Positions 39,546 to 50,253 of a stretch of DNA of 64,000 nt are shown piece by piece. A program made the position numbers and the translations under genes. This stretch comes from an uncultured Poribacteria bacterium. GTDB lineage: Bacteria; Poribacteria; WGA-4E; WGA-3G. The notes under the pieces are model-generated. The model worked only from the letters and a program-made list of their open reading frames with translations, had not been told where the DNA came from and did no database searches. Every line of letters begins with the position of its first letter. Positions within the stretch are counted from its first letter, which is position 1. The DNA lies in contig OX638351.1 in assembly GCA_951813565.1 (NCBI GenBank), positions 2,336,001-2,400,000 of the forward strand, read 5' to 3'.

Positions 39546-40703
39546 ATGAAAAAATTAAAAGCAGTTGTCGTTGGGGCAGGCTGGTCCGCTGAAGGACACA
39601 CAAAAGCGTTTCAACATTACGGTGTTGAAGTGCTTGCTATTTGCGCGCGCAAACCAGATATCGTTCAAAAAGTTGCTTCAGGTTTAGATGTGTCTGATGC
39701 CTCAATTGATTGGCGAAAAAGTTTGTTGGAACATAAGCCAGATATTGTTGCACTTACGACTCCAGCGATTCTACGGACAGAGGTTATTGAATTAGCCGTA
39801 GAACTCGGCTGCCACATCATCTGTGAAAAACCCATGGCGCTTACCGCTGAAGCAGCAGGTCATATCTATAGTCTCATCAAAGACACAGGATTAAAACACG
39901 CCTTCGCCGCAACACATCTATACGATCCGAGTGTTGCTTATGTGCGTCAACTGTTGACGCAGCAAAAAGTCATCGGAGATTTAACAGCCGTTGATATCGG
40001 ATACACCCGCCGAATTCCAGGCGGTCCACCTTCAGATATGATTAAGCCGTGGAATTGGATGAGTTCATTGGCACACGGGGGAGGTGCGTTGAACAATGGA
40101 CTTACACACCGACTCGGCATGCTCGAACGAATGACGGGTATGGAAGTTGTGTCTGCAGTCGGAGAGGCAAAAATCTATCCGAGGAAAGCCCCAGTCGTGC
40201 CAGAGATTCGCGACTTTCGGGTATGGCGAAGTAAGATGATAACCCCCGAAGAAGCATCAAAACTTGAGTGGCGAGCGTGTGATGCAGAATGGGATTATTC
40301 CGCGTTTTTCAAGTTAGGACATCCGAATCCAGATACCGGCAATTCTATCCTTGTGACAATGCGTACACATCCGGGTGTACCTTCACATAAACCCACTGGC
40401 GGTTGGTTTTTCTACGGCACACACGGAACATTGGTTGGAAGGGGTGGACACATTCTATCACCTATCACGAAACATGTCGGTGAGGAAGTTGAAGAGCTAT
40501 CTGTTCCACAGAATTTAACGGACGACCTGCCACAAATCTCGGACGAAATCCAAAACAAGTGGACTGCACTTGTCCGCGATTTCCTTGCGGATATTAAGGG
40601 AGACCCGCACGAACCGTATTTGACGTTCCATGATGGGTGGCGATACCAAATTGCTATTGATGCAATACGGGGAAGCAAAGGATGGGCTCAGATGCTTGAT
40701 TAA
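39546..40703 (+). CDS. Gfo/Idh/MocA oxidoreductase
   Basis: VVGAGWS, PDIVALTTP and ICEKPMA. Confidence 0.88.
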   Translation: MKKLKAVVVGAGWSAEGHTKAFQHYGVEVLAICARKPDIVQKVASGLDVSDASIDWRKSLLEHKPDIVALTTPAILRTEVIELAVELGCHIICEKPMALTAEAAGHIYSLIKDTGLKHAFAATHLYDPSVAYVRQLLTQQKVIGDLTAVDIGYTRRIPGGPPSDMIKPWNWMSSLAHGGGALNNGLTHRLGMLERMTGMEVVSAVGEAKIYPRKAPVVPEIRDFRVWRSKMITPEEASKLEWRACDAEWDYSAFFKLGHPNPDTGNSILVTMRTHPGVPSHKPTGGWFFYGTHGTLVGRGGHILSPITKHVGEEVEELSVPQNLTDDLPQISDEIQNKWTALVRDFLADIKGDPHEPYLTFHDGWRYQIAIDAIRGSKGWAQMLD

Positions 40704-40744
40704 GCACGAGAGACGCGCGTTTCATATCATAAGGGAAAATATCA

Positions 40745-41902
40745 ATGTATGAAAAACACGGAGAAACGATTGAAGCGCGCGAATTTCTTGAGGCGTTGGC
40801 AGGCGATGCCTCACACATCTCCCTAAATAATTGTACGATTGAAGGTGTTGTTGACCTCTTTTCTGCTGAACTTGAGCGCGACGAAAATGACCGAATCTGT
40901 ATTGATAAAACACTTTCTTGTATTGGATGCACTTTCAAAAATGTAGTTAATTTTCGAACAACAGTTTTCCAACAAGAAATTTCCTTTCGCCGTTCTGTCT
41001 TTGAGGCAGACCTTGACTTTGACGAAGCTACGATGCAACACCATTGTGAATTTCGAGAGGTTTCGTTCCACAACCGTGCCAACTTTCATAGTGTCACCTT
41101 CCATAAAAGCGTAAGTTTTTGGCGTGCGAAATTTCACAACGTCGCCGATTTCCATCAAGCACAATTCCACGATAACGCTGTTTTCCATGAGGCACAATTC
41201 CAAAAGGAAGCGAATTTTAGCCGTGTCCGTTTCCAACAAACACTCGACTGTACAGGCACGGACTTCGCAGGGGTAGCAGTCTTTAATCGAGCAATATTCC
41301 TCGGTGCCACCCGTTTTACAGCTGCAAAATTTGCTGCTGTCGCCTCCTTTCGCAATGTTCAGTACACCCCCAACACAATCCGTCAATCTATTATCAATAG
41401 GTTTACCAAGAATCGCAAAAATCCGACTGAATTCTATTTAGACAGCCAACATGTGGACGAGGTGGCAAACCCGTTCTTCAAACGGTATGTCGCAGACCAG
41501 CAGTTTATCCGTGCGTTCAACAAAGCGAATCCCATGTTGGCACACTTATGGCGATGGAGTTCCGATTATGGACGGAATTTAGGGCTTTGGGCATTCTGGT
41601 CACTTTTCTTTGCTCTGCTGTTTGCGATAGCATACCTGCCGTACCCATCGTGGTTGCCAGAGTGGATGCAGAATTGGTCACCCCAATTTCATCAAGCAAC
41701 TGGTAAATATAGCGGTGAACCCCTAACATTTTGGAATTCCTTCTATTTTAGCGTTGTCACCTTTACGACACTCGGTTTTGGAGATGTCGTTGCGGACAAT
41801 GCCACAGCACGTCTGCTCGTAACACTGGAAGTTATTTTTGGGTATCTGATGTTAGGTGGGTTAATCAGTATTTTTGCGAATAAATTGGCAAGTCGGAGTT
41901 AG
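40745..41902 (+). CDS. Pentapeptide-repeat protein fused to a 2-TM potassium-channel pore domain
   Basis: A.F...F periodic repeats; YFSVVTFTTLGFGD filter motif. Confidence 0.88.
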   Translation: MYEKHGETIEAREFLEALAGDASHISLNNCTIEGVVDLFSAELERDENDRICIDKTLSCIGCTFKNVVNFRTTVFQQEISFRRSVFEADLDFDEATMQHHCEFREVSFHNRANFHSVTFHKSVSFWRAKFHNVADFHQAQFHDNAVFHEAQFQKEANFSRVRFQQTLDCTGTDFAGVAVFNRAIFLGATRFTAAKFAAVASFRNVQYTPNTIRQSIINRFTKNRKNPTEFYLDSQHVDEVANPFFKRYVADQQFIRAFNKANPMLAHLWRWSSDYGRNLGLWAFWSLFFALLFAIAYLPYPSWLPEWMQNWSPQFHQATGKYSGEPLTFWNSFYFSVVTFTTLGFGDVVADNATARLLVTLEVIFGYLMLGGLISIFANKLASRS

Positions 41903-42115
41903 TTTATTTTCGCTATACCCTTAAACCTCTACATACCATCCTTAAATACCGATAACAAGGTGCAGTCTGAATCGGCAGCTTGCACTACAAGATCTCCTGA
42001 ATCATATCCATTTTATCTCAGGTTATCAAGTTTTTGTTAGATTATTTTTCATGTTTGGCACTTAATTGTAAATCGTGTTTTAACATATTTGATTATATGT
42101 ATCAATTCATTTCCA

Positions 42116-42144
42116 TTGACATTCCCTCTCTGTTAGTGTATCAT
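42116..42144 (+). promoter_or_regulatory. Putative sigma70 promoter
   Basis: TTGACA-N17-TATCAT with TG directly 5' of the -10. Confidence 0.55.
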
Positions 42145-42211
42145 AAGAATAAAATACTTTCCAAAGCCAAAATAATTTCACAAAAAATATACAAAACAAT
42201 AGAGAATAAAA

Positions 42212-43573
42212 ATGCCAACAATTTTGGAGCGGTATCAAAAAACATTCTCAAAAGATAGAGAATTGGCACAAGCAGCAAACCAGCTTTTCCCGGACGGTGT
42301 AACGCACGATAGCCGTTATATGTTGCCATTCCCGATCTATATTACGCGTGCTGATGGCGCAAAAAAATGGGGACTTGAAGATAGGGCGTTTATTGACTAT
42401 TGGGCAGGACACGGCGCATTACTGCTGGGGCATAATCCACCTGAAGTTGTAGAAGCAGTAACAGCACAAATGCATCGTGGTACGCATTATGGTGCTTGCC
42501 ATCCGCTTGAATTGGAATGGGGTAATCTCGTAACCCAACTGATACCTTCAGCAGAACGCGTTAGGTTTGTGAGTTCTGGCACAGAGGCAACGCTTATGGC
42601 GATTCGTCTGGCACGCACCTACACATGCAAGAATAAGGTGCTGAAGTTTTCTGGACATTTTCACGGTTGGCACGACAGCCTTGTCTTTGGTGCATATCCA
42701 CCCTTTGATATGTCCGTCCCGGGCATACCTCAAGAGGTGCGTGATACCACCCTTCTCTGTCCACCGAACGATATTGATGCTGTTGAAAAACACTTAAAAA
42801 CAGACAAAGATATAGCATGTGTTATACTTGAACCGACAGGCGCCTCCTTTGGAATTGTCCCTACCGATGGCGTATTCTTACAGCAACTTCGTGAACTTAC
42901 ACAGAAGCACGGTGTCCTCCTCATTTTCGACGAGGTGATTACGGGATTTAGAGTTGCACCCGGTGGCGCACAAGCGCACTACAAGGTTACGCCAGATCTG
43001 ACGACACTCGCGAAGATTTTGGCTGGCGGACTTCCCGGCGGAGCACTTGCAGGCAAAAAAGAGATTCTTGAGTTAATTTCAATACAGGCAGAGGAAGAAG
43101 GATTGAAAATGCCACATCCCGGCACATTTAATGCTAATCCGCTCTCTGCATCTGCAGGCATAGCGATGCTCAACATTGTCAAGACCGGTAAACCGCACAA
43201 ACAGGCAAATCGCATCGCACAACAACTCCGTGATGAACTCAATAACGTTATTGATTCGTACGGATTAGACTGGGTAATTTACGGAGAATTTTCTGGTATC
43301 AGACTTCTTATTGGACACGGTGAGAAGGATATGCGCGCCGCCGATTTTGACCCTTACGCTTGGGATTATCGGAAACTCAAAGGTGGCAACGATGAAGAAT
43401 TGCTTACACATCTCCGATGCGGTTTGTTGCTTAATGATGTTGATCTCGCTACCAACGGTGGTATGACAACCGCTGCACATACAGAAGCAGACATCACACA
43501 AACGGTGCATGCCTTTGAACAGACAATTGAATGGATGAAGGCAGATGGATTAATCTTGAAGTCAAATAGGTAA
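42212..43573 (+). CDS. Class III aminotransferase (glutamate-1-semialdehyde aminomutase-like)
   Basis: FVSSGTEAT, FDEVITGFR, PDLTTLAKILAGGLP and GTFNANPL. Confidence 0.9.
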   Translation: MPTILERYQKTFSKDRELAQAANQLFPDGVTHDSRYMLPFPIYITRADGAKKWGLEDRAFIDYWAGHGALLLGHNPPEVVEAVTAQMHRGTHYGACHPLELEWGNLVTQLIPSAERVRFVSSGTEATLMAIRLARTYTCKNKVLKFSGHFHGWHDSLVFGAYPPFDMSVPGIPQEVRDTTLLCPPNDIDAVEKHLKTDKDIACVILEPTGASFGIVPTDGVFLQQLRELTQKHGVLLIFDEVITGFRVAPGGAQAHYKVTPDLTTLAKILAGGLPGGALAGKKEILELISIQAEEEGLKMPHPGTFNANPLSASAGIAMLNIVKTGKPHKQANRIAQQLRDELNNVIDSYGLDWVIYGEFSGIRLLIGHGEKDMRAADFDPYAWDYRKLKGGNDEELLTHLRCGLLLNDVDLATNGGMTTAAHTEADITQTVHAFEQTIEWMKADGLILKSNR

Positions 43574-43583
43574 CCGAAGGTGT

Positions 43584-44819
43584 ATGGATTATTACATCAG
43601 TCCATTCGGAGACGATTCAAACGCGGGCATTTCCACAAAGCAACCTTGGCAGAGCATTGAAAGGGTGAATGTGACCCGATTACAGTGGGGTGATTCGGTA
43701 TGGTTTCATGCTAATCAGACCTTCAAAGGAAATCTCACACTTTCCGAGTCGGATGTGCATACGTTAGATAAACCGATAACATTCGGTTCGTACGGGGACG
43801 GTAAAGCAACGATTAATGCTGGCACCGGTGCCGGTTTGTTTGCAAAAAACCGTGGTGGCGTTGAAATAATAAACCTCAACTTTGTAGGAGCAGCGCAGAA
43901 TACGAGTTCTGGAATCTGGTTTGCTAATACGCTACCGGAACACAAAAAGTTGAAACATATCCGTATTGAAAGGGTTGATGTCAGCGGTTTTAAGCATGCG
44001 GGGATTCGCATCGCCGCGCAGCCGATTGATGGTGGTTGGTGCGGGTTCAGTGATGTAAAAATAACGCACACTAACGTCCATGACAATGGAGATGCGGGGA
44101 TAAGTTCCATAGGCGCATGGAATCCGGAAGAAACGGAATATTCTCACACAAACATCTATGTCGGGAAGTGCCGTGCCTATAGAAACTTGGGCATTCCCGG
44201 CAAAGGGAGTCATTCAGGGAACGGTATTGTCCTTGCACAAGTAGATGGTGCCACGATTGAACATTGTGAAGCTTATGAAAACGGCAAGCTAAACGATTGT
44301 GAAGTTGGCGGTCCTGTCGGTATCTGGACGTGGGATTCAAATCGTGTTCTCATTCAGTTCAATAAATCGCATCACAACCGAACTGGAAGCAGTAAAGATG
44401 GTGGAGGGTTTGATCTGGACGGAGGTGTGCGGAATTCAATTGTGCAGTATAACTATTCACACGATAACGATGGTGCGGGGTATCTGTTAGCACAGTTTGA
44501 AGGTGCAAAAGTGTTTCACAACAATGTTATCCGCTACAATATGAGCAAAAATGATGGACGAAAAAATAGTTACGGCGGTATTCATTTCTGGTCTACCGGT
44601 GCAAACGGCGGTATCAGAAACACGACTATCTATCGGAATACAATCATAATGTCCAAATCTGATGTCGGGAATCCCGCTGCAGTTGACTGCATGAGCGAGG
44701 AAATTCATAGCATCCACTTCTACAACAACACCTTCAAAACCGATGGTGAAGCGGTTCTGATTCGTGGAGAAGATAACCCAAAGGTAATTTTTGAAGGCAA
44801 TACCTGCTTGACTGCTTAA
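43584..44819 (+). CDS. Right-handed parallel beta-helix protein (pectin lyase-like)
   Basis: YYISPFGDDSNAG..PWQSI and DGGGFDLDGG..IVQYNYSHDNDGAG. Confidence 0.85.
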   Translation: MDYYISPFGDDSNAGISTKQPWQSIERVNVTRLQWGDSVWFHANQTFKGNLTLSESDVHTLDKPITFGSYGDGKATINAGTGAGLFAKNRGGVEIINLNFVGAAQNTSSGIWFANTLPEHKKLKHIRIERVDVSGFKHAGIRIAAQPIDGGWCGFSDVKITHTNVHDNGDAGISSIGAWNPEETEYSHTNIYVGKCRAYRNLGIPGKGSHSGNGIVLAQVDGATIEHCEAYENGKLNDCEVGGPVGIWTWDSNRVLIQFNKSHHNRTGSSKDGGGFDLDGGVRNSIVQYNYSHDNDGAGYLLAQFEGAKVFHNNVIRYNMSKNDGRKNSYGGIHFWSTGANGGIRNTTIYRNTIIMSKSDVGNPAAVDCMSEEIHSIHFYNNTFKTDGEAVLIRGEDNPKVIFEGNTCLTA

Positions 44820-44852
44820 TTGATGACGAAGGATTTGACAAGAGGGAGAAAA

Positions 44853-46445
44853 ATGAGGCGTTTTGGAACTCAAGGACGTGTATATCCTGATCGACACTAT
44901 GTTGTCCCACGCACAGAAGAAATTGCTGACTTCATTACTCGTGTGAAAGATGGACGGTATGTCGTTCTCTTTGCGCCGCGCCAAACAGGAAAGACCACCT
45001 TTTTCCGAATGGCACTTGAAGCACTTACCACAGAAGATCCAACCTATTTCCCTATTCAGTTAGATTTCCAAGTGATGCGCAATGGTTCACCTCCTATTTT
45101 TTATGACAGACTCTCTCAAATGCTTCGTAGGCATATTGAGTTTGTTTTACAAAAAAATAAAATGAAACAGAGCGAGGACTTAACGCAATTTTTGGAGGAT
45201 GCACAGTTAAGCGATCATTTTTCGATGTTAACGTACTTTGAAGAATTAGAAATACTGCTTGATAATAAGAAGGTTGTGCTTCTGATTGATGAGTTTGATG
45301 GCATACCGCAAGATGTTGTGAGTGATTTTTTGTATGCCCTTCGAACCATCTATCTCTCTGATGAACTTCAATGCCCACACAGCGTTGGCATAGTAGGTGT
45401 TAAAAGTATCAGTCAACTTAATTATGACCGATCTGTTTCACCGTTTAATATCCAAGACGAATTTCGCTTGCCAAACTTTACGCTTCAACAAGTTCAAGAA
45501 CTACTTTCGCAGTATACGGACGAAGTAGGTCAAGAATTTGCACCCGAAGTGATTGCGTCTATTCATAAGCAGACCGCGGGGCAACCTGTGCTTGTGAACC
45601 GTTTCGCACAAATTCTCACTGAAGAGATGGATATTCCCAAAACCGAAACCATTACCTTTATACACTTCTCAGAGGCACACATGCAGCTTCTTCGTGGACG
45701 AAACACGAATATACAGCATCTAACAACGAATATCCGTAGAGATCGTCGATTTGAAAGTATGCTGATGAAAATCATGGCGCGTGAGGAAGGCGTGGACTTC
45801 AACCTTGATGATGACATCATCAGTGAACTCGCTACCTATGGTGTTATCCAAGAAGGTTCCGACGGTATGTGTGAAATAGCTAATCCGATTTATCTCTACC
45901 GTATCATGAGGACTTTTAAGCCGACAATCAATGGGTTAGAGGATGCGTATTTCTCTGAAGAGAAAGATGAATGTTTTTTGGATTACCTTACGCCTACAGG
46001 ACAGATTGATATGGTAACCCTACTTGATAACTTCCGAGACTTTATCGCTCGTGTCGGTTTCCGAATTTTGCAAGTACCGGATAAACCGCAGGAATATGTT
46101 GGACAACATCTGCTTTATGCCTACCTTGAACAGTTTATCCGCAGCGTAGGTGGAAATATGTACCTTGAAGTACAAACAGGGCGTGGCAGGATGGACCTTC
46201 TCCTCATCCACAACCAGCAAAAATACATTGTTGAAACTAAGATTTGGGAAGGAAATAACCGCTATGCTGCAGGCAAAAAGCAACTTGCAGCATATATGGA
46301 ATTGGAAGGAACTATGGAAGGTTATTATGTTGTATTTGATCATCGCGAGAATCCAGTCCCGTTGGTAGAGACAGAAACAGTAGATGGTGTGGCAATTCGG
46401 AGTTACGTCATTCCTGTAATGCAGGCACGCCCTTCATCAATTTAG
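44853..46445 (+). CDS. AAA-like ATPase with a C-terminal PD-(D/E)XK-type domain
   Basis: APRQTGKTT, LLIDEFD and SPFNI; C-terminal EVQTGRGRMDL..VETK..QLAAY. Confidence 0.85.
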   Translation: MRRFGTQGRVYPDRHYVVPRTEEIADFITRVKDGRYVVLFAPRQTGKTTFFRMALEALTTEDPTYFPIQLDFQVMRNGSPPIFYDRLSQMLRRHIEFVLQKNKMKQSEDLTQFLEDAQLSDHFSMLTYFEELEILLDNKKVVLLIDEFDGIPQDVVSDFLYALRTIYLSDELQCPHSVGIVGVKSISQLNYDRSVSPFNIQDEFRLPNFTLQQVQELLSQYTDEVGQEFAPEVIASIHKQTAGQPVLVNRFAQILTEEMDIPKTETITFIHFSEAHMQLLRGRNTNIQHLTTNIRRDRRFESMLMKIMAREEGVDFNLDDDIISELATYGVIQEGSDGMCEIANPIYLYRIMRTFKPTINGLEDAYFSEEKDECFLDYLTPTGQIDMVTLLDNFRDFIARVGFRILQVPDKPQEYVGQHLLYAYLEQFIRSVGGNMYLEVQTGRGRMDLLLIHNQQKYIVETKIWEGNNRYAAGKKQLAAYMELEGTMEGYYVVFDHRENPVPLVETETVDGVAIRSYVIPVMQARPSSI

Positions 46446-46519
46446 ACAGAATATTGAAGTAACAAAAAGCATTGCAGCCTTAAGAAAGTCGAAACGAAAT
46501 ATGAAAGGAACAGACGAAA

Positions 46520-47503
46520 ATGAAAACAATTACCTATCGTGATGCTCTAAAAGAAGCACTGATAGAGGAGATGGAACGCGACGAGGCAGTCTTTCTGATG
46601 GGGGAAGATATTGCTGAGTATGGAGGCGCATACAAGGTCACCGATGGTCTTTTTAAACAATTTGGAAAGGATCGTATCCGAAACACCCCGATTTCTGAAG
46701 CCGCTATCATCGGCACAGCACTGGGCGCTGCTGTTACAGGCATGCGTCCTGTCGCGGAACTCATGTATATTGACTTTACAGCGGTCGGTATGGATCAAAT
46801 CGTCAACCAAGTTGCTAAGATTCGCTACATGGTGGGTGGACAGTTAGATGTGCCGCTCGTTATCCGCACGCAAGGTGGTGCGGGACGTTCCTCTGCTGCA
46901 CAGCATGCCCAAAGCCTTGAGGCATGGTTTGTGCATATCCCAGGACTCCTTGTTGTGATGCCCGCTACCCCTTATGATGCAAAAGGATTGCTAAAAACCG
47001 CTATCCGAAATGACAATCCGATTATGTTTATTGAACACAAACTTCTCTATACTGAAGAGGGCGAGATTCCCGATGAGGAGTATACGATTCCTTTGGGGGA
47101 AGCGGATGTTAAACGTGAAGGTGAAGATATAACAATTTTAGCGACATCGCGTATGGTCCTGAAAGCACTTGATGCTGCAGACGAACTGGCTGAAGATAAC
47201 ATTTCAGCGGAGGTTGTTGATCCAAGAACATTGATGCCGCTTGACAAAGAAACCATTTTTGAGTCTGTAAAGAAAACCAATCGTCTCTTAATTGCACACG
47301 AGGCAGTCGGCAGAGCTGGGTTCGGTGCTGAGATCGCTGCGCTCGTTGTTCGCGAAGCGTTTGACTATCTCGATGCGCCAATTGAACGTGTTGCTGCTGC
47401 ACCAGTGCCTGTCCCTTTCGCACCTGTGATGGAAAACTTTGTTATTCCGGATACAGAACAGATTGTTGAAGCTGCTCAAAAGTTGGTCAGATACGAAATT
47501 TGA
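46520..47503 (+). CDS. 2-oxoacid/acetoin dehydrogenase E1 beta subunit
   Basis: MGEDI..GGAYKVT, NTPISEAA, QHAQSLE and DYLDAPI. Confidence 0.93.
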   Translation: MKTITYRDALKEALIEEMERDEAVFLMGEDIAEYGGAYKVTDGLFKQFGKDRIRNTPISEAAIIGTALGAAVTGMRPVAELMYIDFTAVGMDQIVNQVAKIRYMVGGQLDVPLVIRTQGGAGRSSAAQHAQSLEAWFVHIPGLLVVMPATPYDAKGLLKTAIRNDNPIMFIEHKLLYTEEGEIPDEEYTIPLGEADVKREGEDITILATSRMVLKALDAADELAEDNISAEVVDPRTLMPLDKETIFESVKKTNRLLIAHEAVGRAGFGAEIAALVVREAFDYLDAPIERVAAAPVPVPFAPVMENFVIPDTEQIVEAAQKLVRYEI

Positions 47504-47645
47504 AAATTTATAGTCTAATCTAAATATGGGCACACACCTTGGTAGGCGCGCTTTGTAAGCGCACCAATCACGATGTCCCATTAATTGAACCTACCATAAT
47601 TGAACTATTTTCTAAAAAACGTTAGAAATCAGAAGGAGAAATAAT

Positions 47646-48593
47646 ATGGAACTTTCCCAATACTTGCATCTTATCACCGCAAAGCGAATTTTGTTTGTGG
47701 TTATCGGCGTAGCAGTTTTGGTGAGTTTAACAACAAGCTTTTATACTGTTGAAGCAGACGAAATCGCTGTCGTTCTAATGTTCGGGAAAGTTGTCCGACA
47801 AGCAGAACCCGGACTGCATTTCAAGTTACCATTCGGTATTGAGGAAGCCGTTGGTGTTCCGGTCCGAAAGGTCTTCAAAGAAGAATTCGGATTTCGGACT
47901 CTCAAAGCAGGCGTTCGCACCCAGTATGACACGCGAGATTACGCAGAAGAATCCTTACTGCTGACAGGTGATTTAAGCATCGCTGATGTTGAATGGGTAG
48001 TCCAGTATAAAATTAAGGACCCCCAAAAATTTTTATTTTTTGTGAGGAACCCTCAACGTGCTTTGCGTGACCTATCAGAATCAGTCATGAGCCAGGTAAT
48101 TGGTGACCACACTGTTACCGAAGTTTTGACCATCGGACGTATAGAAATTGCAGGAAAGGTTGAACAACATCTGCAGACACTGCTGGATTTATATGAAACG
48201 GGTTTGGATGTAACGACTGTGACCTTGCAGGATGTAAATCCACCAGAAAAGGTAAAATCCGCCTTTAACGCTGTTAACGAGGCGAAGCAGGAAAAAGAAC
48301 GTCTCATTAACGAAGCGTGGCGGGATTATAACCAATCTGTCCCGAAATCCAAGGGGTTGGCACAGCAACAAATTTCAGAAGCACAAGGCTACGCACTGAA
48401 ACGAGTCAACCAAGCACAAGGCGACGCAGATAAATTCAACGCAATACGGACAGAATATGAAAAAGCAAAAGAGGTAACACGCCAACGGCTCTATCTGGAA
48501 GCGATGCAGGAAGTTTTGCCAAAAGTTAAAGAGATTTATATCATTGACGATAAAGCAAACACACCAATCCCAATTCTGCAGCTGAAAGAGTAA
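47646..48593 (+). CDS. hflK: FtsH protease modulator HflK
   Basis: SPFH domain; LLTGD..DVEWVVQYKI, QDVNPP and VTRQRLYLE. Confidence 0.93.
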   Translation: MELSQYLHLITAKRILFVVIGVAVLVSLTTSFYTVEADEIAVVLMFGKVVRQAEPGLHFKLPFGIEEAVGVPVRKVFKEEFGFRTLKAGVRTQYDTRDYAEESLLLTGDLSIADVEWVVQYKIKDPQKFLFFVRNPQRALRDLSESVMSQVIGDHTVTEVLTIGRIEIAGKVEQHLQTLLDLYETGLDVTTVTLQDVNPPEKVKSAFNAVNEAKQEKERLINEAWRDYNQSVPKSKGLAQQQISEAQGYALKRVNQAQGDADKFNAIRTEYEKAKEVTRQRLYLEAMQEVLPKVKEIYIIDDKANTPIPILQLKE

Positions 48594-48634
48594 TTTGCAA
48601 CAGATTACCATATCAACACAAAAGGAGATTACTA

Positions 48635-49594
48635 ATGAAATTCAAGATACTGATACCTTTGATTATCGTTGGCATTATAGTGATTATATTTGCCTCAGGT
48701 GCGTTCTATATTGTAAAAGAAGGTGAACAGGTTGTTATCACTGAATTTGGTCGCCCGGTGGGTGAACCCATTGTCGATGCGGGTTTAAAGATAAAGACAC
48801 CATTCATTCAACAGGTACATCGCTTTGAGAAACGCATCATGGAGTGGGACGGATCCCCAAACCAAATACCAACGAAAGATAAGAGATTCATCTGGCTTGA
48901 TACCACAGCACGCTGGCGGATAAAAGACGCTCTCATCTTCTATCAAGCACTCGGAACAGAAGTACTTGCACAATCACGACTTGATGATATTATCGATTCC
49001 GCCGCGCGGGATTTGGTAACAGCACATATGTTAATTGAAGTTGTGCGAAATTCAAACAGAGTGTTAGAACTTGATGCGGAAATGCTTGGAGAAGAGGAAG
49101 GTCAAACCAAGGAACAGTTAGAAGAGATACAGATTGGCAGAGAGGAAATTACACAAAAAATCCTTGAAAAAGCAAGCGAGGCAGTACCACGATTCGGCAT
49201 AGAACTTGTTGATGTACGCATAAAACGGATCAACTATGTAGATGAAGTCCGACAGAAAGTCTTTGACCAAATGATTTCTGAACGTCAACGTATCTCTGAG
49301 AAATACAAATCGGAGGGTGAAGGCGAAGCGGCGAATATCATGGGGCAGAAACAGAAGGAGTTGGAGCGTATACAATCAGAGGCATACAAGGAAGCGGAAC
49401 AGCTTAAAGGAGCTGCTGATGCGCAAGCCATCCAGATTTATGCGGAAGCGCACGGCAAAGACCCAGAATTTTTCGCCTTTCTTCAAACTTTAGAAACCTA
49501 TCGCAAATCTACTAACGCAAGTACGAAACTCATCTTGACAACAGATAGTGAGCTTTATAAATATCTCAAGGATAGCCAAGCACAAAAGCGTTAA
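48635..49594 (+). CDS. hflC: FtsH protease modulator HflC
   Basis: SPFH domain; VDVRIKRIN, MISER and DPEFFAF..LETY; follows hflK. Confidence 0.93.
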   Translation: MKFKILIPLIIVGIIVIIFASGAFYIVKEGEQVVITEFGRPVGEPIVDAGLKIKTPFIQQVHRFEKRIMEWDGSPNQIPTKDKRFIWLDTTARWRIKDALIFYQALGTEVLAQSRLDDIIDSAARDLVTAHMLIEVVRNSNRVLELDAEMLGEEEGQTKEQLEEIQIGREEITQKILEKASEAVPRFGIELVDVRIKRINYVDEVRQKVFDQMISERQRISEKYKSEGEGEAANIMGQKQKELERIQSEAYKEAEQLKGAADAQAIQIYAEAHGKDPEFFAFLQTLETYRKSTNASTKLILTTDSELYKYLKDSQAQKR

Positions 49595-49624
49595 CTGGTG
49601 CTGAACAGGATTTCTAATAGGAGT

Positions 49625-50238
49625 TCGTAGGTTGGGCAGAGCGTAAGCGAAACCTAATGCTATGAATGCCTTTATGGCATTTCGCGGATTTTTGGAACTT
49701 GGTGTTGATTCGCGGAGTAAATATTTACACACTTTTGCGAACATATTAACTTGAGGTTTAGTCTTTTTTGTGGTATAGTATACGTGAGTGAAAAATATGA
49801 GATCCACCACGGTTGCAACCGTTATAAAGTGAACACTTAAGCAAATGGCTAAAGAAGAGAGGGTGTGTAAATATTTGGTTACATAGGTTCAATTTGCAAT
49901 GATTACGCGGCGTTTTCCACTGTAGGGCGGGGTCCCTGTGCCCCATAGCCGTCAATTTAAGGATATACCCTCTTGTGGGAGTGAATCAACGCAGCATGCG
50001 CGTCCGGCATGCTGCCAAATCAACGCCAAATGCGACGAGTGCCATACGCGCGCTCGGCGTTGATTCTGCTTTTGGCATTTGTCGGGTTTTCAACCTCGAT
50101 AAGTACATATAAATCGGGCTTATAAAGCCCTCCCACAAGAGGCAATCTGGTAATTTTTTCTTAAATTGACATCCACTGAATGCCAAAAGGCATTCATAGC
50201 GTTGATTTGGGTTTCGCTTTGCTCTATCCGACCTACGC
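49625..50238. repeat. Inverted REP pair enclosing a MITE (49945-50208) and five or more AATCAA hairpins
   Basis: GTAGGTTGGGCAGAGCGTAAGCGAAACC ... GGTTTCGCTTTGCTCTATCCGACCTAC; ATAGCCGTCAATTTAAG ... CTTAAATTGAC; hairpins at 49657-49714, 49984-50084 and 50174-50207. Confidence 0.7.
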
Positions 50239-50253
50239 GAATGCTTGCGTAGA

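Noticed and set aside
42212..43573. Calling the aminotransferase hemL
   Set aside because: Family motifs are present, but there is no tetrapyrrole gene context and the N-terminal motifs diverge; left as a GSA-like class III aminotransferase.
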